DNA from: Chthonomonadales bacterium
GTDB taxonomy: Bacteria; Armatimonadota; Chthonomonadetes; Chthonomonadales; CAJBBX01
NCBI GenBank assembly: GCA_037443035.1
Contig: JBBIPC010000007.1
Span: 119,658-183,657 of the forward strand
Direction: 5' to 3'
DNA length: 64,000 nt
Shown: positions 29,858 through 38,360 of the stretch, in pieces
Position numbering within the stretch: the stretch's first letter is position 1
How the letters are laid out: each line of letters begins with the position of its first letter
Position numbers and translations under genes: made by a program
Notes under the pieces: model-generated
Told to the model about the DNA's origin: nothing
What the model saw: only the letters and a program-made list of their open reading frames with translations
Databases searched by the model: none

Positions 29858-30667
29858 TTAGCGTATGTGTTTGCGACCCAGGTATACCACGGTGTTCCAC
29901 GCACGACGTACCCGGCCGCCGAAACGGTCCTCGACCAAGGCATGTACGCCCGCCAGAAGGCTCTGCTTCTGGTCCGGAGGCAGAATCGCGTGTTCCGAAT
30001 ACGTCGCCAGAAGGTCCACGAACTCGTCGGCCGTGAATGTGGTCGTCCATGGCACCATGCGCAGCTCCACATCGCCGAACAGCCCGGAAGCTTCCATTTC
30101 CTCCTGCCAGCTCATGTCCACGCTGGAAGGGTCCGGCAGACCGTGCCAGTCAGTTGCCAGACGAGGCGCGTACTGCTTGTAGACGGCCTGGACGGCCTCT
30201 GCAAAGCCCTCGTCGGAATCGCAGCGCACCTGACGGTTCCAGAACAGCGCCAGAGCGCCGCCAGGTCGGAGGGCCTGCCCACACTTCGTCCAGCGGACCT
30301 CGGGCGTGATCCAGTGAAAGGCGCTGGCCGAATACACGAGGTCGAACGGCTCGCAGGGCAGCGAGTACTCCTCGAACGGAGTGCACACGATCTGGACTTG
30401 TTCCCCTGCCAGCCGCTGGGCTGCGTAGCGCGCCATGTTCTCGCCGATCTCCACGGCAGTGATCTTCAGCCCGCGCCGTAGCATAGGCAACGTTGCCTGG
30501 CCCGGTCCGCAGCCGATCTCCAGGGCGCGAGACCCTGGCCCGACTCCGGCATACTCTACGATCAGGTCGAACACGACATCCGGGTAACCCGGCCGTGCGC
30601 GTGCGTAAAGCTCCGGGTCGGCATCGAAGCTCGCACGCCGCACAGGATCCGGCTTGGACATGCTCAT
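29858..30667 (-). CDS. Class I SAM-dependent methyltransferase
   Basis: YARARPGYP, LEIGCGPG, FDLVYSASAFHW, LRPGG. Confidence 0.9.
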   Translation of the reverse strand: MSMSKPDPVRRASFDADPELYARARPGYPDVVFDLIVEYAGVGPGSRALEIGCGPGQATLPMLRRGLKITAVEIGENMARYAAQRLAGEQVQIVCTPFEEYSLPCEPFDLVYSASAFHWITPEVRWTKCGQALRPGGALALFWNRQVRCDSDEGFAEAVQAVYKQYAPRLATDWHGLPDPSSVDMSWQEEMEASGLFGDVELRMVPWTTTFTADEFVDLLATYSEHAILPPDQKQSLLAGVHALVEDRFGGRVRRAWNTVVYLGRKHIR

Positions 30668-30789
30668 GCTGCATCATTCGTCGCCCAGTCGCGCCCATCC
30701 TTCGGCGGACAGGCCGGGTACTAGTTCGGTGTGAGGTAAGGTCTGCTCGTCACGTATCGTCGCGTTCCTGAGAGAAAGGAGATACCTGC

Positions 30790-31527
30790 GTGTCTGCACA
30801 GGCATACTTCATGGCGGTCTCCGAGGCGCTGGGGCGCATAGCCTCCGAGCAAGAGGAGAACATCGCCAGGGCGGCCGACACCGTCTGCAGTGCCATTCGG
30901 AATGGTCGCGCCCTCTACGCCTTCGGCGCCAGCCATTCGTTCATCGTTGCCGAGGAGATGGTCTATCGCACAGGTGGCCTCATGCTGGTGAACCCCATCT
31001 ATCCGCACGGAATGAACCTGCTGGTCCGTCCCATGACCCTCACCTCCAGGCTGGAGCGAGTGGAGGGTCTCGGCAAGGAGTTGCTCCGTTCGGCGCCGGT
31101 ACAAGCTGGCGATGTCCTCCTCATCGCTTCGACGTCCGGCCGCAATGCCGTGGCCATAGACATGGCATTGGAGGCCCGCGCTAACGGTATGACCGTTATC
31201 GGCGTGACATCGCTCGCCTACACGTCGGGCGTGAGCAGCCGGCACTCTTCGGGCAAGAAGCTGGTGGATCTTTGCGACATCGTCCTGGACAACGGAGCTC
31301 CCCTGGGCGACGCCGCCGTGCAGATTCCCGGCTTTCCCCAACCCGTCGGTCCTCTATCCACGGTGCTAGGATGCGCCGTTGTAAACGCTCTTGTAACGGA
31401 GGTAGTCGCACGCCTCGTGGCGGCTGGCATCGAACCGCCCGTGTTCATGAGCGCGAACCTGGACGGGGGCGATGCGTTCAACGCGCGTTTGCTGGAGGAA
31501 TACCGCGACAGGATACATTACATGTAA
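30790..31527 (+). CDS. SIS-domain sugar isomerase-like protein
   Basis: FGASHS, YRTGG, STSGRN, PPVFMSAN. Confidence 0.88.
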   Translation: MSAQAYFMAVSEALGRIASEQEENIARAADTVCSAIRNGRALYAFGASHSFIVAEEMVYRTGGLMLVNPIYPHGMNLLVRPMTLTSRLERVEGLGKELLRSAPVQAGDVLLIASTSGRNAVAIDMALEARANGMTVIGVTSLAYTSGVSSRHSSGKKLVDLCDIVLDNGAPLGDAAVQIPGFPQPVGPLSTVLGCAVVNALVTEVVARLVAAGIEPPVFMSANLDGGDAFNARLLEEYRDRIHYM

Positions 31528-31769
31528 CGCTATGTAACGTTTCCTGAACAGTACGCCGCACAATCGCACGAAGGACCGAGGACGGTCGAGGCTGGCCATC
31601 GCGCAGGTCCGGGGTAGATTGAGGACTGGAGAGGATCTTTGCCTACTTGACGCTTTTGCCTTGATAGCCAGGAGGAACGGAGTTGTTTCCTGAGGCTTCG
31701 GAGGTGAACGTTGCAGTCTGGCCAGACGGCGCAGGTCGGTCGGATTGGTCGGTTGGTGGAGGGGGTTCT

Positions 31770-32492
31770 ATGATGGGCGTTGAGGGACGGGAGGGACATC
31801 GGGACAGGGGTGGTCGTGGCGACGAGGAGGAGGGGCTGATTCCTAAACATGGGGGCTTCCGGCGGCTGAAGAGCTTCCAGGTGGCCCAACTCGCCTACGA
31901 TTTCACCGTCCTGTTCTGCGACCGCCTGGTGGATCGTCGGAGCCGGACCCACGACCAGATGGTCCAGGCGGCCCGCTCGGGAGTGCAGAACATCGCCGAA
32001 GGGAGCGTGGCCAGCGGCACCTCGAAGAAGATGGAGCTGAAGCTTACGAATGTGGCACGGGCCAGTCTGGAGGAACTGCGGCTGGACTACGAGGACTTTC
32101 TGCGACAACGCGGCCTCCCGCTGTGGGCTCCCGATGACCCTCGAAGGAAGGAGCTCGTCGCGCGGCGCTGTCGGAGCGCCGAAGAGGTGGTGGGGTGGAT
32201 TCGGGAGGTCAGGGCGAGGTATGGACGAGATGGGCAGGATAGACGGCATGGACCAGATGGACGGGATGGAGAGGACGAACAGGATGGACCGTCCATGGAG
32301 TCCATGCCGTCCATAACTCCCAGCCCTCGCCCCTCCTACGAAGAGCTCGCGGCGAATGCGGCACATGTGCTGGTGGGCGTGGCAATGGCGCTGCTGGAGC
32401 GGCAGTTGGCGGCGCAGGCCGAGGCCTTCGAACGCGATGGCGGGCTCACCGAGCGTCTCTACCGCATACGATCGCGGCGGAAGGGGCGGTGA
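31770..32492 (+). CDS. Four-helix-bundle protein with four-helix-bundle suffix domain
   Basis: HGGFRRLKSFQ, DQMVQAARSGVQNIAEG, VARASLEELRLDYEDFL; suffix LLERQL...FERDGGLTERLY; GGAGG RBS. Confidence 0.9.
   Translation: MMGVEGREGHRDRGGRGDEEEGLIPKHGGFRRLKSFQVAQLAYDFTVLFCDRLVDRRSRTHDQMVQAARSGVQNIAEGSVASGTSKKMELKLTNVARASLEELRLDYEDFLRQRGLPLWAPDDPRRKELVARRCRSAEEVVGWIREVRARYGRDGQDRRHGPDGRDGEDEQDGPSMESMPSITPSPRPSYEELAANAAHVLVGVAMALLERQLAAQAEAFERDGGLTERLYRIRSRRKGR
32221..32317. repeat. Palindromic array of 9-bp units inside the four-helix-bundle gene
   Basis: Eight ATGGACnnn-like units followed by three inverted GTCCATnnn units; symmetry centre at 32290. Confidence 0.85.
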
Positions 32493-32577
32493 ACGCCTTT
32501 CATGGAATCCACCGTGGAATCCGCCGCCCTGGGCGGTCGGTGCGGCATTCGCCACCGCTCAGAAACCCATGCCGTCC

Positions 32578-32636
32578 GTAGGGGCGGCCCCCGTGGCCGC
32601 CCAGCAGAGGGGGCAGGCACAGGGGCCTGCCCCTAC
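32578..32636. repeat. GTAG-type REP doublet (inverted pair)
   Basis: GTAG-GGGCGGCC-CCCGT-GGCCGCCC, 8-nt spacer, then GGGCAGGC-ACAGGG-GCCTGCCC-CTAC. Confidence 0.8.
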
Positions 32637-32881
32637 GTTGACATGGGTGGCAGGGTGCTGCAGTACACGCCGACCATGGCGGACCACGTCGAGCCTTGCC
32701 GCCAGTATCTTTCCCCAAAATATCATGTATTATAGGGATAAGTAGGTTTCCCTTTGCGTGGCAGGGCGACACGGCCCATGGGTATCAGCAGGCAGCAGGC
32801 AGACTCCCTGTTTGGGTCCTGTGCGTTGTACTTGCAGGTCCCAGGATATGCCGCGGCTCTCTGTAGCGGAGGTGCGGGTCC

Positions 32882-35854
32882 GTGATCCAGCCATGGAGGC
32901 TCCGACTCCTCGGTACCTTCGAACTGTCCAACGGCGACGTCCGTTACGAGCGTTGCAGGACGGCGAAGATGGAGGCCATGCTGGCGTACCTCGGTTGGCA
33001 TCTGGGCTCCTCCTGCTCCCGCGAGCAGCTCGCGGACATGCTTTGGCCAGACAGCGAGATCGAAGCCGCATCCGTTAACCTTCGGGTCGCCATCAACTCC
33101 CTCCGCCAGCAACTCGAACCTCTAGGCGTTGTCCGCGGCTCGGTTCTGTCGAACGTGGGCCGCTCCAAGATTGCGCTCAATCCCGAGATCGTCACTTGCG
33201 ACGTCGTGGACTTTCGGAGGCTCCTCAAGAGACGTCCTGACATGACGCGTGAGGAGCGCCAGGCGAATCTTCTCGCGGCCCTCGATGTCTACGACGGTGA
33301 GCTGATGCCAGGCCACTACGAGGACTTCATCGAAGAGGAACGGCATCGCCTGGCCGCGGAGTTCATGGATGCCCTCCAGGAGCTGTCAGACCTGCTCAAG
33401 GACACGCAGGACCTGGACACCGCCATCAAGGTCGCCAGGCGCAAGGCAGACGAGAATCCGTACGACGAAGATGCTCAGTGCGAGTTGATGAACCTCCTCA
33501 CGCTCGCCGGCAGACACGATGAGGTGCTGCAGCGCTACGAGCGCATCGAGCGTCTCTACGCCGAGGAGGATATGGGCTCGCCTCCGGGCCAAGTCCGGAA
33601 GCTCTACGAAGATGCCGTAGCCGCGTCCGGTCGGCGTCGTCCTGTACCGTCCCAGATGCAACCGTCGAGACCCCCGACGCCGCTTGTCGGCAGAGCGCCC
33701 ATCCAGCCTGTACCCGTCGAGCAACCACCTGCCGTGACCCCCGATCATTACCTGTCGCGAGCGTCCGGCCGTCCACCAGCGGTTCGCCCCAGGACGGTAC
33801 CGCTGCCCAAGCCCCTGACGCGGTTCTTCGGACGGGAAACGGAGCTTGCCGAGCTGGAAGCCATCGTTCGCAGCGGTGAACACAGGCTCATCACCATCAC
33901 CGGTATGGGAGGCATCGGCAAGACGCGCCTATCGGTGGAGTTTGGCCGACGCTACAGCGAGACAGGGGAACGTCACGTGGCCTTCATTCCCCTGGCCGAG
34001 CTGGTTGCGGGCGATGAGATTCCGCCCAGGCTGGCTAGCGTTCTCGGTATGAGCGTGGCCCAGGGCATCGAGGTTCTCACCCAGGTCGAGCAGTTCCTGT
34101 CCACCGAGCCCTGGCTTCTCATTTTCGACAATGTCGAGCAGGTCGCGACAGGGGCCACCGACGTGATCCTGCGGTTGCTCGAGAACGTGCCGACGCTGTG
34201 CGTACTGGCCACGTCGCGCCATGCGCTGGAGATCATGGGCGAACGGCAGTTGCCGCTGGATCCGCTACCCGTGCCCGAAGGTCCCGATTCGCCAGAAGCG
34301 CTCTTGCGCTATCCGTCCGTCCAGCTATTCGTGGACAGAGCAGCGGAGGTGGCTTGCGACCTGCGCGTGACCCCCCGGAACGCGGCTGATATCGTCAGGC
34401 TCTGCCGAGAGCTGGAAGGGCTGCCTCTCTCCCTGGAGCTCGCCGCTGGATGGGCCGCCGACCTCACCCTGGCCCAGATGGTAGCCCGTCTCGCCAACAA
34501 GTTCGATCTGCTCGTTGGCCGACGGGTCGGCTTGCCTGCGAGGCAGGCGAGCCTGCTGGCGTCCATGGAGTGGAGTTACCGTCTGCTAACGCCCGAGCTG
34601 CAGCGCATCTACGGCATGGTGTCCGTGTTCCACGGAGGATGGACGCTGGAAGCGCTGGACAAGGTCTGCGGGGTAAGGAACGGACTCCATATCATGGCGG
34701 AGCTACGAACCCGCTCCATGGTTACCGCTGACCGGACCAGCGACGAGACGCGCTACGGCATGCTGGAGGTGCTCCGGGAGTTCGCGCGAGAGAAGCTGGA
34801 CGAGGCCGACCGGCCATTCCTGGCCAACCGGCACGCGACGTACTTCGGGGCGCTGGCGGAAGAGGCGTACCCGCATCTCCGCGCCGGCTCCCAATCGGAA
34901 TGGCTGGACCGCATGCAGCGGGAGAATGGCAATCTTCGCGCCGCGCTGGAATGGTCGTTGGAACACAACCCCGCGGACGGTCTCCGCATGGCGCGTCATG
35001 TCTTCCCCTACTGGACCATTCGAGGCCACTGGTCGGAGGCCCGCCGCCTGCTGACATTAGCCTCCAAGACCGCGGAACAACACGGCGGCCGGGCAGCGGT
35101 GGCGGAGCTTACGGGATTCGCTGGTGTCGCAGCCATGGCGGCAGGAGACACGAAGACCTCACTCTCCCTTGCAGAGCGAAGCGTGGCCCTCTGGCGCGAG
35201 ATCGGTGATGAGCGTGGCCTCCTGGTGGCCCTCAATAATCTCGCACTGGCCAAGCAGGCAGCAGGCGACCTGGCCGGGGCTGCTGCTGTCTATGAGGAGG
35301 CTATGCCTTTGACGGCAGATTCCAGCGACCGCCTGACGGCCGATCTCCTCACGAACTACGCCACGCTGCTTCTGATGCGAGGCGACGCTGCGTCGGCTAA
35401 GCGGCTCACCGAACGGGCTCTGCAGCTCCACGAGGCCAGAGGTGACCGATGGGCGGCGTCTCTTGCCAGGGCAAATCTCGGAGACATTGCCGCCGAGGAA
35501 GAAGACGCAGATGCTGCGTGGTGCAGATACGGCGATGCGCTTCCCGGACTTGTCATGTGCGGCGATCTCCCTCACTCGGCACGCGTTCTCCGCCAGCTCG
35601 CGGCAGTTGCCGCCTACGTCGGGCGTCATCGTCAGGCCGCATTGCTCGCTGGATGCGCAGCAGCCATCCAGGAGCGCTCTGGACAGCCAGCCAGCGCCGC
35701 AGAAGCGGAGGGACTGGCGGATACCATCGCCACGATCCAGAATTCGCTTCCCGATGCTGAGTTCCATGCCGCCTGGGCCGAAGGCGCCGCCATGAGCCTG
35801 GAGGACGTGGTCCACCTCGTCACCGACACCGCCGTCTTACCGACAACCACCTGA
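32882..35854 (+). CDS. AfsR/SARP-family regulator: wHTH + BTAD + STAND (NB-ARC-like) ATPase + TPR
   Basis: LRLLGTF, REQLADMLWP, NLRVAINSLR; Walker A GMGGIGKT; LLIFDNVE; EGLPLSLEL; ALNNLA/ANLG TPR-like helices. Confidence 0.92.
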   Translation: MIQPWRLRLLGTFELSNGDVRYERCRTAKMEAMLAYLGWHLGSSCSREQLADMLWPDSEIEAASVNLRVAINSLRQQLEPLGVVRGSVLSNVGRSKIALNPEIVTCDVVDFRRLLKRRPDMTREERQANLLAALDVYDGELMPGHYEDFIEEERHRLAAEFMDALQELSDLLKDTQDLDTAIKVARRKADENPYDEDAQCELMNLLTLAGRHDEVLQRYERIERLYAEEDMGSPPGQVRKLYEDAVAASGRRRPVPSQMQPSRPPTPLVGRAPIQPVPVEQPPAVTPDHYLSRASGRPPAVRPRTVPLPKPLTRFFGRETELAELEAIVRSGEHRLITITGMGGIGKTRLSVEFGRRYSETGERHVAFIPLAELVAGDEIPPRLASVLGMSVAQGIEVLTQVEQFLSTEPWLLIFDNVEQVATGATDVILRLLENVPTLCVLATSRHALEIMGERQLPLDPLPVPEGPDSPEALLRYPSVQLFVDRAAEVACDLRVTPRNAADIVRLCRELEGLPLSLELAAGWAADLTLAQMVARLANKFDLLVGRRVGLPARQASLLASMEWSYRLLTPELQRIYGMVSVFHGGWTLEALDKVCGVRNGLHIMAELRTRSMVTADRTSDETRYGMLEVLREFAREKLDEADRPFLANRHATYFGALAEEAYPHLRAGSQSEWLDRMQRENGNLRAALEWSLEHNPADGLRMARHVFPYWTIRGHWSEARRLLTLASKTAEQHGGRAAVAELTGFAGVAAMAAGDTKTSLSLAERSVALWREIGDERGLLVALNNLALAKQAAGDLAGAAAVYEEAMPLTADSSDRLTADLLTNYATLLLMRGDAASAKRLTERALQLHEARGDRWAASLARANLGDIAAEEEDADAAWCRYGDALPGLVMCGDLPHSARVLRQLAAVAAYVGRHRQAALLAGCAAAIQERSGQPASAAEAEGLADTIATIQNSLPDAEFHAAWAEGAAMSLEDVVHLVTDTAVLPTTT

Positions 35855-35980
35855 GCCTCCGCCTTCCGGTCACGCCTGACAGCCGGTCATCGAACCGGAA
35901 TGGTGGTCCGGCTTCCCTCAGCGGGAGGTGCACCTTCGCCTGACCCCTGTCTTCGTATCCTGCCCTCGATCTGGCGTCTC

Positions 35981-36048
35981 CGTTTAATGCACGTTTCCCA
36001 AAATCGGCAGGTCCGGTGAACGCTGCCTGAACGTCCGGTCCGTACACT
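35981..36048 (+). promoter_or_regulatory. Putative SARP-binding direct repeats plus -10 box
   Basis: CGTTTAATG (35981), CGGTGAACG (36014), GCCTGAACG (36025) spaced 33 and 11 bp; TACACT -10 at 36043, 9 nt after the last repeat. Confidence 0.6.
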
Positions 36049-36089
36049 AGCGCCAGATGTTCACAATCAAGAGACAGGAGGATCCATCC

Positions 36090-36488
36090 ATGATCACCCG
36101 AACGCACTGCATCGTCTTGGTCGCCCTGGCGGCCCTGTTCGCGGCTTTCGCCTGCGCTGATCCTGCGACCTTGGCCATTGGCAGGCCCAATCCAATCGTC
36201 ATTCCCACCGGCAACGTCATCGACCCTAGCGCCGTGACGGGTGGGGACAGCGCCCAGTGCACGATCACGCTCAGCGGGACCGTGGAGGGTGAGGATCAGG
36301 TCGTCAACCTCGAAACCGACCATCCCGAAGTCTACAGCGACTTCCCCAGCAGCGTCGTCGTTCCCGTGGGCTATGACAGCGTCACCTTCACTCTGAACAC
36401 CGTCTCGGTGTCGGGATCCGTCCAGACCACCGTGACTGCTAGCTGCAATGGAGGACAGGCTCAGGGCACTCTCACCGTCAATCCGTAA
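36090..36488 (+). CDS. Small secreted single Ig-like beta-sandwich protein (132 aa)
   Basis: CAGGAGG RBS; signal peptide; Thr/Val/Ser-rich strands (CTITLSG, PSSVVVPVG, VTFTLNT, GTLTVNP). Confidence 0.8.
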   Translation: MITRTHCIVLVALAALFAAFACADPATLAIGRPNPIVIPTGNVIDPSAVTGGDSAQCTITLSGTVEGEDQVVNLETDHPEVYSDFPSSVVVPVGYDSVTFTLNTVSVSGSVQTTVTASCNGGQAQGTLTVNP

Positions 36489-36514
36489 CCACCCTATTAC
36501 AGCGAGTCAATCGT

Positions 36515-37546
36515 ATGGGAATCGTATACGGGCACGGCTGGAGCCGTGCTGAAGAGGAGCTTTACGTCCCCGGCGACAGGTCCAGGCCGGATCCGCAGGG
36601 AGACCGGGACCTCATGCCGCGGGCGCCGAGATGGGATCAGGAGGAGGCCAGGGCAGCCCTCCGAAGACAGGTGCTAGATCACCTGGCATCGCCCGACGGC
36701 GTCCTGGTCCTCCTGGAGGCAGAGTTCATCAAGGAAAGCAGCGGGTACGTCGGCACCCAGCGTCACGCCGACTACGACCTGGGCCGCATCGAGCACCGCC
36801 AGACCGGCGTCTTCCTGGCCTATGCTGGGCCACAGGGGGAAGGCTATCTGGACCGCGAGCTATTCCTGCCGCGGTGCTGGACCGAGCGGGAGAAGCTCCG
36901 CCTGGCCGCTGGCATGCCTCCTCAGGTGACCTACGCGACGCTGCCACAGATGGCACGGCGCATGCTGGAACGGGCCCTGGAAGCCGAGGTGCCCCATGGC
37001 TGTATCGTGGGCGGCGCGACGTTCGGCGCAGATGCCGGTCTTCGCCTCTGGCTGGAGGAGCGGCAGGAATCGTACCTCCTCGGCATACCAGGTCGGGAAG
37101 TCATCCGCGTAGGCTCGACAAGTCTGCGAGCTGATGCCGTCGTGAGTGTCTGGCCGAAGGAAGCGTGGCTTCCAGCGCCCGAATCCGGTGCAGCCGCTCG
37201 AGGCGAAGCCTGGGGTAGTATCCAGGTTCGCTCCAGCGTACCCACTGGTTGGGAACGTTGGCTCGTGGCACGCCGTCTCACGTGGGACTCTGGCGCCACG
37301 GACCTCTACCTGGCATTCGTCAGGGAAGGGTCTGCTCTGGAGCAGATCTCCAGAGCCACGGAATCCGCTCGACGGACGGCCATCAACCTGCGCGAAGCAC
37401 GCCGCGTGGGTGGGCTCGACCGCTTCAGCGGTAGGTCGTGGGAGGCCTGGTACCGACACATGACGGTCACCCTCATGGCCCACGCCCTTCGCAACATCGT
37501 CTCTCGGCCCCATCCAACCATGAAGCCGGGGTGGGAAACCCACTGA
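36515..37546 (+). CDS. IS701-family transposase-derived protein, catalytic DDE residues absent
   Basis: Retains IS701 motifs (RWD, PDGVLV, GRIE..QTGVFLAYA, LDRELFLP..W, ARRMLERAL, RWLVARR, GLD...RSW.AWYRHMT); ORF uninterrupted; no terminal inverted repeats seen. Confidence 0.8.
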   Translation: MGIVYGHGWSRAEEELYVPGDRSRPDPQGDRDLMPRAPRWDQEEARAALRRQVLDHLASPDGVLVLLEAEFIKESSGYVGTQRHADYDLGRIEHRQTGVFLAYAGPQGEGYLDRELFLPRCWTEREKLRLAAGMPPQVTYATLPQMARRMLERALEAEVPHGCIVGGATFGADAGLRLWLEERQESYLLGIPGREVIRVGSTSLRADAVVSVWPKEAWLPAPESGAAARGEAWGSIQVRSSVPTGWERWLVARRLTWDSGATDLYLAFVREGSALEQISRATESARRTAINLREARRVGGLDRFSGRSWEAWYRHMTVTLMAHALRNIVSRPHPTMKPGWETH

Positions 37547-37575
37547 TTTCCGGGCAGCCCACCCCGGTCTTTTTC
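37526..37575 (+). terminator. Probable Rho-independent terminator
   Basis: CCGGGGTGGG...CCCACCCCGG 10-bp stem (22-nt loop) followed by TCTTTTT; convergent gene follows. Confidence 0.6.
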
Positions 37576-37579
37576 GTGC

Positions 37580-38290
37580 CTAGCCTCTGACGACGGCCTC
37601 GATCACTTCCTGGTCCCAGCCGAACAGGCGCCGCCAGTCGAGGGGCTTCATCTGCACGCCCAGGCTCCGCAACCGTTCGGCCACAGTACGGGCGGCATCG
37701 TGAGGCCGGAGCCTGGCCGCTTGGGCAAGGACCTCCGGGATCCAATCCTCTACCAGTCCCCAGCGGTACCCGTACGTGCCGCGTGTACGTCCGGTGATGC
37801 CCGTCTTGCAGATCTGGAACAGAGCGCACAGCGATGTGACCGCTCGATCGAATGCCGGACGGCTGGAGGGAGACGCAAGGCCCGCTTCTCGTCGCAGCTC
37901 GCCGGTGGTGAGTTGCCGATGCCGAACGAGCGCTTCGTAGACACGGAGCGCCTCGGCGGTCAAGGTACCACGCTCGTGAAACGTATAGGGATCCACATCG
38001 CCCAGGGCGGCGATGACCGCCGGAAGGAAACCCATGGCCACGAACGTCGGTCGGCCGCCGAGCAGCTTGCCGTAGTAGAGGCGCTTCGCTTCGTGAAGAT
38101 CATCCTTCCAGAACCACGTATCCCAGATGTCGTCCGGCTTGGCGAGGTCCATCTTCTCGGCCAGATTCGGGAAGTCCAGCGTCTCTAGCGGTCGCCAGAG
38201 GCAGATGCCCGCCGCATCGAGGAACTCCACGAACCCGTCCTCGTCCTCCACCGGGCACGGTCCCAGTTCTCTCCACTTAGGTCGCCCCAT
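37580..38290 (-). CDS. AlkZ/YcaQ-related winged-helix protein
   Basis: WFWKDDL...LYYGKLLGGRPTFV, wHTH segment ALRVYEAL...LTTGELRREAG; family call from motif recall. Confidence 0.65.
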   Translation of the reverse strand: MGRPKWRELGPCPVEDEDGFVEFLDAAGICLWRPLETLDFPNLAEKMDLAKPDDIWDTWFWKDDLHEAKRLYYGKLLGGRPTFVAMGFLPAVIAALGDVDPYTFHERGTLTAEALRVYEALVRHRQLTTGELRREAGLASPSSRPAFDRAVTSLCALFQICKTGITGRTRGTYGYRWGLVEDWIPEVLAQAARLRPHDAARTVAERLRSLGVQMKPLDWRRLFGWDQEVIEAVVRG

Positions 38291-38360
38291 GCCTTCATCA
38301 TACCGCGGTCCGGCGGAACCGACGGAAGGAAGGGTTATGATGCCCGGCGAAACGATGGGC

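Noticed and set aside
31522..31545. ATGTAACG direct repeat at the SIS gene stop as target duplication or operator
   Set aside because: 8-bp tandem with no partner found at the far side of the accessory patch; it lies at a gene end; could be chance.
32221..32317. CRISPR-like array
   Set aside because: Units are 9 bp with no spacers, lie inside a CDS, and no cas genes are present.
31770..32492. Diversity-generating retroelement or 23S rRNA intervening sequence
   Set aside because: No reverse transcriptase, template/variable repeat pair or rRNA gene in the window.
32696..32735. Promoter of the STAND regulator in an AT-rich patch
   Set aside because: Likely present, but TTGCCG/TATCAT spacing is 19 nt and alternatives exist, so elements cannot be placed.
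36489..37579. Active IS701 insertion sequence
   Set aside because: No terminal inverted repeats or target duplication seen in the short flanks, and catalytic residues are missing.
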